In this document: in pieces, positions 20,095 to 25,115 of the stretch
How the letters are laid out: each line of letters starts with the position of its first letter
How positions within the stretch are numbered: the first letter of the stretch is position 1
Virus record (IMG/VR): IMGVR_UViG_2541047736_000010
Span: 1 to 25,115 of that record
From: a virus
Taxonomy: Duplodnaviria > Heunggongvirae > Uroviricota > Caudoviricetes
Reading direction: 5' to 3' (one strand)
Length of the DNA: 25,115 bases
The notes under the pieces: generated by a model
The model's database searches: none
The model's input: the letters and a program-made list of their open reading frames with translations, nothing else
Told to the model about the DNA's origin: nothing
Made by a program: the position numbers and the translations under genes

Positions 20095-20116
20095 AAAAAA
20101 GCGCCCTACAGGACGC
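20095..20116 (-). terminator. Weak candidate terminator for the minus-strand gene convergent with cI
   Basis: Short imperfect hairpin gcgccctacaggacgc (20101-20116) preceded on the plus strand by aaaaaa (a U-tract on the minus strand). About 45 bp downstream of the 173-aa gene stop. Confidence 0.3.
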
Positions 20117-20159
20117 TTAGCTCTTTAACAATCTGGGTATCATCCAACCAATGCAAGAT

Positions 20160-20681
20160 TTAAGGAATCCAAGGCGAATTCAGATCTCGCCCCAACTCAC
20201 GTAATGATCTTGGTCGTTCGTACATCGGATTTTTTTCCATAAGAAATTTATTTTCACAGTGAAGGCAACGGCTTGTAAGAAAATGAGAAGTTTTACCTAC
20301 TGGAAGCGGATGAAGTATCGATTTTATATTTTTGGAATAACAAAGTGGGCACAGATGCACAGTTATTTCTTTTCCACTCACAATTTCATTTTTAGAGTAA
20401 ACAAAAGCACCAGAGTCAAGCTGATCAAGGACATATCCTTCTACCTTGGCACAAAAATCTTCAAACTCTGCAATTTTTGCTTTGAGATGCATCACCTCTT
20501 CATCACGAAGGCGGATCGCATCGCCAAGAGAGAAGCATTCTGCCTGAAGCGTGATTAGTTTGTTCTGGAGTTCAATGGTTGCAGCTTTAACTTCTGCATC
20601 CGTTTTCGCGTCATTAATAACCTTAGCAAGACCGGCAGTCTCCTTTATAGCGGCCATAGCCGCAGACAGTTCAGCTATCAC
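20160..20681 (-). CDS. Coiled-coil plus zinc-ribbon protein of unknown function in the immunity region
   Basis: 173 aa. N-terminal ~75 residues are heptad-like and charged. C-terminus has CPLC ... CLHC (C-x2-C ... C-x2-C). AT-rich gene, convergent with cI. Start ambiguous: GTG at 20681 or ATG at 20657. Confidence 0.6.
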   Translation of the reverse strand: MIAELSAAMAAIKETAGLAKVINDAKTDAEVKAATIELQNKLITLQAECFSLGDAIRLRDEEVMHLKAKIAEFEDFCAKVEGYVLDQLDSGAFVYSKNEIVSGKEITVHLCPLCYSKNIKSILHPLPVGKTSHFLTSRCLHCENKFLMEKNPMYERPRSLRELGRDLNSPWIP

Positions 20682-21010
20682 GTTGAATACTCAGCTAGTT
20701 GTTGGGGATATCCAGATTAACCAAATCCTTGTTGTTGGGGAATAACTAGGTCCACCTCGCCTGATGTGGCTAAAAGCAGGCACATAACAGCTAAGTATTT
20801 TCAACCAGAGAGAATCCTTAGCGTTGTGGTGAATGCGGCTCAGCGCACGCGGGTTAAGGTTGAGGCTGACAGTCGACCTTCTGTGGATACCCACCCGCCT
20901 GGTGTGCAACCTTCGCCAGGCACCGGGAGGCACCCGGCACCACAACTTTATGCTGTGTGTAGTCCTGGCGGTATCAGCTTGTACCCTTGCTTCCGGCTGG
21001 TACCGTCCTT

Positions 21011-21105
21011 TTTACAAAACAGAGAAGAGCATCACCGGACGACGGGCTCATAACCCAATCCATCCGGGCGGCTGCCACCGCAGGTGTTCTTCTCTGTTTT
21101 GTGGA
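21011..21105 (+). other. Long imperfect hairpin in the early-left leader (candidate cis-acting RNA element)
   Basis: 17 contiguous pairs (16 Watson-Crick plus one G-U) between 21014-21030 (acaaaacagagaagagc) and 21086-21102 (gttcttctctgttttgt), enclosing a 55-nt GC-rich loop with sub-hairpins. No U-tract follows on either strand. Lies just upstream of the first early-left gene. Confidence 0.4.
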
Positions 21106-21150
21106 GAAACCAACCGACCCTGCAGGGTCGATATGATGGGGAGCAGCAAA

Positions 21151-21513
21151 ATGGCTAGCGAACGCAGTACTGATGTGCAGGCATTTATCGGGGAGCTGGA
21201 CGGCGGCGTATTTGAAACCAAAATCGGCGCAGTTCTCAGTGAAGTCGCTTCCGGTGTGATGAACACGAAAACCAAAGGTAAGGTCTCGCTCAACCTGGAA
21301 ATCGAACCGTTTGATGAGAACCGTGTAAAAATCAAACACAAACTCTCATATGTTCGCCCGACTAACCGCGGGAAAATTTCCGAAGAAGACACCACCGAAA
21401 CGCCGATGTATGTCAATCGCGGTGGTCGCCTGACTATTCTGCAGGAAGACCAGGGACAATTACTGACTCTTGCCGGTGAACCTGACGGAAAACTCCGCGC
21501 AGCAGGTCGTTAA
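21151..21513 (+). CDS. yfdP: YfdP-like prophage protein
   Basis: MASERSTDVQAFIGELDGGVFETKIGAVLSEVASGV... Start placed at ATG 21151 (GGGGAG 7 nt upstream), giving 120 aa; alternative ATG at 21133. The track ORF extends further upstream through implausible sequence. Adjacent to the YfdQ/R/S/T homologues, as in CPS-53. Confidence 0.65.
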   Translation: MASERSTDVQAFIGELDGGVFETKIGAVLSEVASGVMNTKTKGKVSLNLEIEPFDENRVKIKHKLSYVRPTNRGKISEEDTTETPMYVNRGGRLTILQEDQGQLLTLAGEPDGKLRAAGR

Positions 21514-21578
21514 TATCGTTTTTAATAAACTGATTATTTATCTCATCACTGAATATCTTTATATAGTGAGGACTTATT

Positions 21579-22403
21579 ATGTCTCAGAACTTAGACGCAA
21601 CCGCAATTAATCAAATCCATGCCCTTATTTCTGCTCAGGGTGTTAATGAAATTATCAGTAAGATTGGTGCCGATGCTGTGGCATTGCCTGAGAATTTCCG
21701 CATTCATGATCTGGAAAAATTTAATTTAAATCGCTTCCGTTTCCGTGGTGCGCTTTCCACTGCCAGCATCGATGACTTTACCCGTTATTCTAAAGATCTT
21801 GCAGATGAAGGCACCCGCTGCTTTATCGATGCTGATAATATGCGAGCCGTCAGTGTGCTTAACCTGGGTACTATTGATGAACCAGGTCACGCAGATAACA
21901 CCGCCACTCTCAAACTGAAAAAGACAGCACCGTTCTCTGCCCTGTTGTCTGTTAACGGCGAGCGTAACTCCCAGAAGTCACTGGCAGAATGGATTGAAGA
22001 CTGGGCCGACTACCTTGTGGGCTTTGATGCTAATGGTGACGCCATTCAGGCAACAAAAGCGGCTGCGGCGGTCCGTAAAATCACGATTGAAGCAAACCAG
22101 ACCGCTGATTTTGAAGACAATGACTTCAGCGGCAAACGCTCTCTGATGGAGTCTGTCGAAGCGAAAACCAAAGACATTATGCCAGTAGCATTTGAGTTTA
22201 AATGCGTTCCGTTTGAAGGCCTGAAAGAACGTCCGTTTAAATTACGCCTCAGCATTATCACTGGTGATCGCCCTGTACTGGTTCTGCGCATTATTCAGCT
22301 GGAAGCAGTGCAGGAAGAAATGGCTAACGAATTTCGTGATCTGCTTGTTGAAAAATTCAAAGACAGCAAAGTAGAAACCTTTATTGGTACTTTCACCGCC
22401 TGA
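21579..22403 (+). CDS. yfdQ: YfdQ-like protein (DUF2303)
   Basis: 274-aa [57 protein letters not shown]... recognised as the CPS-53 YfdQ family. Confidence 0.8.
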   Translation: MSQNLDATAINQIHALISAQGVNEIISKIGADAVALPENFRIHDLEKFNLNRFRFRGALSTASIDDFTRYSKDLADEGTRCFIDADNMRAVSVLNLGTIDEPGHADNTATLKLKKTAPFSALLSVNGERNSQKSLAEWIEDWADYLVGFDANGDAIQATKAAAAVRKITIEANQTADFEDNDFSGKRSLMESVEAKTKDIMPVAFEFKCVPFEGLKERPFKLRLSIITGDRPVLVLRIIQLEAVQEEMANEFRDLLVEKFKDSKVETFIGTFTA

Positions 22404-22530
22404 TTTCATTACTGCAAATGCCCCTGCGGGGGCATTTATGGAAACGTAATTAACTCAATAATCGCCTGATGGCGAGGGTTTTCTTTAACCAAAATTCAGC
22501 GCGGTGCAGCGCATATACGTGGAGAACAAA

Positions 22531-23067
22531 ATGTCATTTATTAAAACTTTTTCCGGGAAGCATTTTTATTATGACAGGATAAATAAAGACGACATCGATA
22601 TTAACGATATCGCGGTTTCCCTTTCAAATATCTGTCGCTTTGCCGGTCATCTTTCGCACTTCTACAGCGTCGCCCAACATGCGGTTCTTTGCAGCCAGCT
22701 GGTGCCGCAGGAATTTGCTTTTGAAGCGTTAATGCATGATGCAACAGAAGCGTATTGCCAGGACATTCCCGCACCACTGAAACGCCTTCTTCCTGACTAT
22801 AAACAAATGGAAGAAAAAATAGACGCCGTAATCCGTGAGAAATACGGGTTACCCCCAGTTATGAGTACGCCCGTGAAATATGCCGATCTCATCATGCTGG
22901 CAACCGAACGCCGCGATCTCGGGCTTGATGATGGCTCTTTCTGGCCTGTACTGGAAGGTATCCCGGCAACAGAGATGTTCAACGTGATTCCACTGGCACC
23001 GGGCCATGCCTACGGGATGTTTATGGAACGCTTTAACGAGTTATCGGAGTTACGCAAATGCGCATGA
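22531..23067 (+). CDS. yfdR: HD-domain 5'-deoxynucleotidase YfdR-like
   Basis: From the internal ATG 22531 (GGAG 6 nt upstream) gives 178 aa, MSFIKTFSGKHFYYDRINKDDIDINDIAVSLSNICRFAGH...LMHDATEAYCQDIP, with HD-phosphohydrolase-like His/Asp motifs. Confidence 0.8.
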   Translation: MSFIKTFSGKHFYYDRINKDDIDINDIAVSLSNICRFAGHLSHFYSVAQHAVLCSQLVPQEFAFEALMHDATEAYCQDIPAPLKRLLPDYKQMEEKIDAVIREKYGLPPVMSTPVKYADLIMLATERRDLGLDDGSFWPVLEGIPATEMFNVIPLAPGHAYGMFMERFNELSELRKCA

Positions 23068-23420
23068 ATGTTTTCGAAATGGAAGGGTTTCTTCGTGGGA
23101 GATGTGTACCGCGAGATCTGAAAGTAAATGAAACAGATGCTGAATACCTGGTGCGTAAATTCGATGCGCTTGAAGCTAAATGTGCAGCACAGGAAAACAA
23201 AGTAATACCAGTGTCAACTGAACTGCCACCAGCAAATGAAAGTGTTTTGTTATTCGATGCTAACGGAGAAGGCTGGCTAATTGGCTGGCGTTCTCTCTGG
23301 TACACCTGGGGACAAAAAGAAACCGGAGAATGGCAGTGGACATTTCAGGTCGGGGACCTTGAAAACGTCAATATCACTCACTGGGCAGTAATGCCAAAAG
23401 CACCGGAGGCTGGAGCATAA
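23058..23420 (+). CDS. yfdS: YfdS-like protein
   Basis: 120-aa MRMNVFEMEGFLRGRCVPRDLKVNETDAEYLVRKFDALEAK... overlapping the yfdR stop. Same order as in CPS-53. Confidence 0.7.
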   Translation: MRMNVFEMEGFLRGRCVPRDLKVNETDAEYLVRKFDALEAKCAAQENKVIPVSTELPPANESVLLFDANGEGWLIGWRSLWYTWGQKETGEWQWTFQVGDLENVNITHWAVMPKAPEAGA

Positions 23421-23725
23421 TGACCACTTTTACCGACAAAGAACTGATTAAAGAAATTAAAGAGCGTATCAGCAGCCTTGACGTGCGAGACGATATTGAG
23501 CGCCGTGCTTATGAAATCGCACTCCTATCTCTGGAAGTAGAACCAGATGAACGCGAAGCTTATGAATTATTCATGGAAAAGCGTTTCGGTGACTTAGTAG
23601 ATCGTCGGAGAGCAAAAAACGGCGATAACGAATACATGGCATGGGATATGACTCTCGGTTGGATCGTCTGGCAGCAACGAGCTGGTATCCATTTTTCAAC
23701 AATGTCACAGCAAGAGGTGAAATAA
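23420..23725 (+). CDS. yfdT: YfdT-like protein
   Basis: 101-aa MTTFTDKELIKEIKERISSLDVRDDIERRAYEIALLSLEVEPDEREAYELFMEK... Start overlaps the yfdS stop. Confidence 0.7.
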   Translation: MTTFTDKELIKEIKERISSLDVRDDIERRAYEIALLSLEVEPDEREAYELFMEKRFGDLVDRRRAKNGDNEYMAWDMTLGWIVWQQRAGIHFSTMSQQEVK

Positions 23726-24096
23726 TGGAGCCATACAGCCTCACACTCGATGAGGCCTGTCATTTTCTCAAGATATCCAGACCGACTGCCACCAACTGGA
23801 TACGAACAGGCCGCCTACAGGCAACACGTAAAGATCCAACCAAGCCAAAATCTCCTTACCTCACAACACGGCAAGCTTGCATTGCGGCGCTTCAGTCTCC
23901 GCTGCATACTGTCCAGGTGAGCGCGGGTGATGGCATAACAGAGGAAAGAAAATGTCACTCTTCCGCAGAAATGAAATATGGTATGCCTCGTATTCGCTCC
24001 CGGGCGGGAAACGAATTAAGGAATCTCTTGGCACAAAGGACAAGCGGCAAGCTCAGGAGTTGCACGACAAGCGAAAAGCAGAACTCTGGCGAGTAG
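23725..24096 (+). CDS. xis: Excisionase-like DNA-binding protein (Xis); 3' end uncertain
   Basis: [37 protein letters not shown]... is an excisionase/AlpA-type HTH. ATG at 23725 overlaps the yfdT stop (TAATG). The frame runs 145 nt into int, more than the lambda xis/int overlap. Confidence 0.5.
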   Translation: MEPYSLTLDEACHFLKISRPTATNWIRTGRLQATRKDPTKPKSPYLTTRQACIAALQSPLHTVQVSAGDGITEERKCHSSAEMKYGMPRIRSRAGNELRNLLAQRTSGKLRSCTTSEKQNSGE

Positions 24097-25115
24097 AAAA
24101 GCTAGGGGATTTACCTGATGTCACTTTTGAAGAGGCCTGCCTAAGATGGCTTGAGGAAAAAGCTGATAAAAAATCTCTCGATTCAGATAAAAGCCGGATT
24201 GAGTTTTGGCTTGAACATTTTGAGGGTATAAGGCTTAAAGATATCTCGGAGGCAAAGATTTACTCTGCTGTAAGCAGAATGCATAACAGAAAGACGAAAG
24301 AAATATGGAAACAGAAAGTTCAGGCCGCCATCAGGAAAGGTAAAGAACCGCCTGTTTATGAACCAAAGCCAGTATCAACTCAGACAAAGGCAAAGCATCT
24401 TGCCATGATAAAGGCCATTCTCCGTGCTGCAGAACGCGACTGGAAGTGGCTGGAAAAAGCGCCTGTCATCAAGATACCAGCGGTCAGAAACAAGCGAGTC
24501 AGATGGCTGGAAAAGGAGGAAGCAAAACGCCTTATTGATGAGTGCCCCGAACCACTGAAATCTGTCGTCAAGTTTGCGCTGGCAACTGGTCTGAGAAAGT
24601 CGAACATCATAAATCTGGAATGGCAACAAATCGACATGCAGCGACGAGTTGCCTGGGTGAATCCAGAAGAGAGCAAATCAAACCGCGCCATTGGTGTGGC
24701 GCTGAACGATACCGCCTGTAAAGTGTTGCGTGATCAAATAGGCAAGCATCACAAATGGGTGTTTGTACATACCAAGGCGGCTAAGCGAGCAGATGGAACA
24801 TCAACGCCTGCGGTCAGGAAGATGCGCATCGACAGCAAGACATCATGGCTATCAGCTTGTCGTCGTGCAGGAATTGGAGATTTCCGTTTCCATGACCTCA
24901 GACACACCTGGGCAAGCTGGCTGATCCAGTCAGGCGTCCCATTATCTGTGCTTCAGGAAATGGGCGGATGGGAGTCCATAGAAATGGTTCGTAGGTATGC
25001 TCACCTTGCGCCTAATCATTTGACAGAGCATGCAAGGAAAATAGACGACATTTTTGGTGATAATGTCCCAAATATGTCCCACTGTGGAATTATGGAGGAT
25101 ATAAAGAAGGCGTAA
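23952..25115 (+). CDS. int: Tyrosine integrase (DLP12 IntD type)
   Basis: 387-aa [56 protein letters not shown]...[44 protein letters not shown] resembles recalled DLP12 IntD, with the R..H..R..Y catalytic-region motifs. Stop is the last base of the window, so the attachment site is not visible. Confidence 0.93.
   Translation: MSLFRRNEIWYASYSLPGGKRIKESLGTKDKRQAQELHDKRKAELWRVEKLGDLPDVTFEEACLRWLEEKADKKSLDSDKSRIEFWLEHFEGIRLKDISEAKIYSAVSRMHNRKTKEIWKQKVQAAIRKGKEPPVYEPKPVSTQTKAKHLAMIKAILRAAERDWKWLEKAPVIKIPAVRNKRVRWLEKEEAKRLIDECPEPLKSVVKFALATGLRKSNIINLEWQQIDMQRRVAWVNPEESKSNRAIGVALNDTACKVLRDQIGKHHKWVFVHTKAAKRADGTSTPAVRKMRIDSKTSWLSACRRAGIGDFRFHDLRHTWASWLIQSGVPLSVLQEMGGWESIEMVRRYAHLAPNHLTEHARKIDDIFGDNVPNMSHCGIMEDIKKA

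Noticed and set aside
20766-21053. 95-aa plus-strand ORF as a possible N antiterminator
   Set aside because: It has no arginine-rich N-terminal motif. The translation is Pro/Gly-rich and coincides with the GC-rich hairpin region, so it more likely reflects RNA or DNA structure than a protein.
20833-21150. N-terminal 100 codons of the track ORF 20833-21513 as part of YfdP
   Set aside because: The upstream extension is Arg/Cys/Leu-rich and runs through the hairpin region. A strong ribosome-binding site precedes the internal ATG at 21151, which gives the 120-aa size expected for YfdP.

Overview
This window is a lambdoid prophage seen in prophage order and reverse-complemented relative to the usual lambda map. 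From left to right: (1) a head/packaging module on the minus strand (FII fragment, FI, E, D, C/Nu3, B, W, A, Nu1) whose proteins I recognise as essentially lambda-identical, ending at an intact cos site (~7506-7730, cohesive-end 12-mer at 7683-7694); (2) accessory genes near cos (small basic ORF, YbcV-like, a KilA-N protein); (3) a phage-21/DLP12-style lysis cassette on the minus strand (holin, SAR endolysin, Rz/Rz1); (4) an AT-rich two-gene cassette on the opposite strand at 12321-13709, sitting between Q and the holin; (5) the early-right operon on the minus strand (Cro/YdaS-like, YdaT-like, O-like initiator with internal iterons, PerC-like, LexA-DBD-only protein, RusA, KilA-N, DUF968, Q); (6) a CI-type S24 repressor on the plus strand with CTAA-N6-TTAG operator dyads; (7) an early-left operon resembling E. 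coli CPS-53 (YfdP/Q/R/S/T-like), then excisionase and a DLP12 IntD-type integrase reaching the right edge. The best candidate for an undescribed system is the 12321-13709 cassette: a 313-aa soluble protein plus a 147-aa four-helix membrane protein, an architecture like lambda RexA/RexB but in a moron position. Secondary candidates are a coiled-coil/zinc-ribbon gene convergent with cI (20160-20681) and a long GC-rich hairpin in the early-left leader (21011-21105) in a phage with no visible N gene. All identifications rest on reading the supplied translations against recalled protein families; no searches or computations were run.
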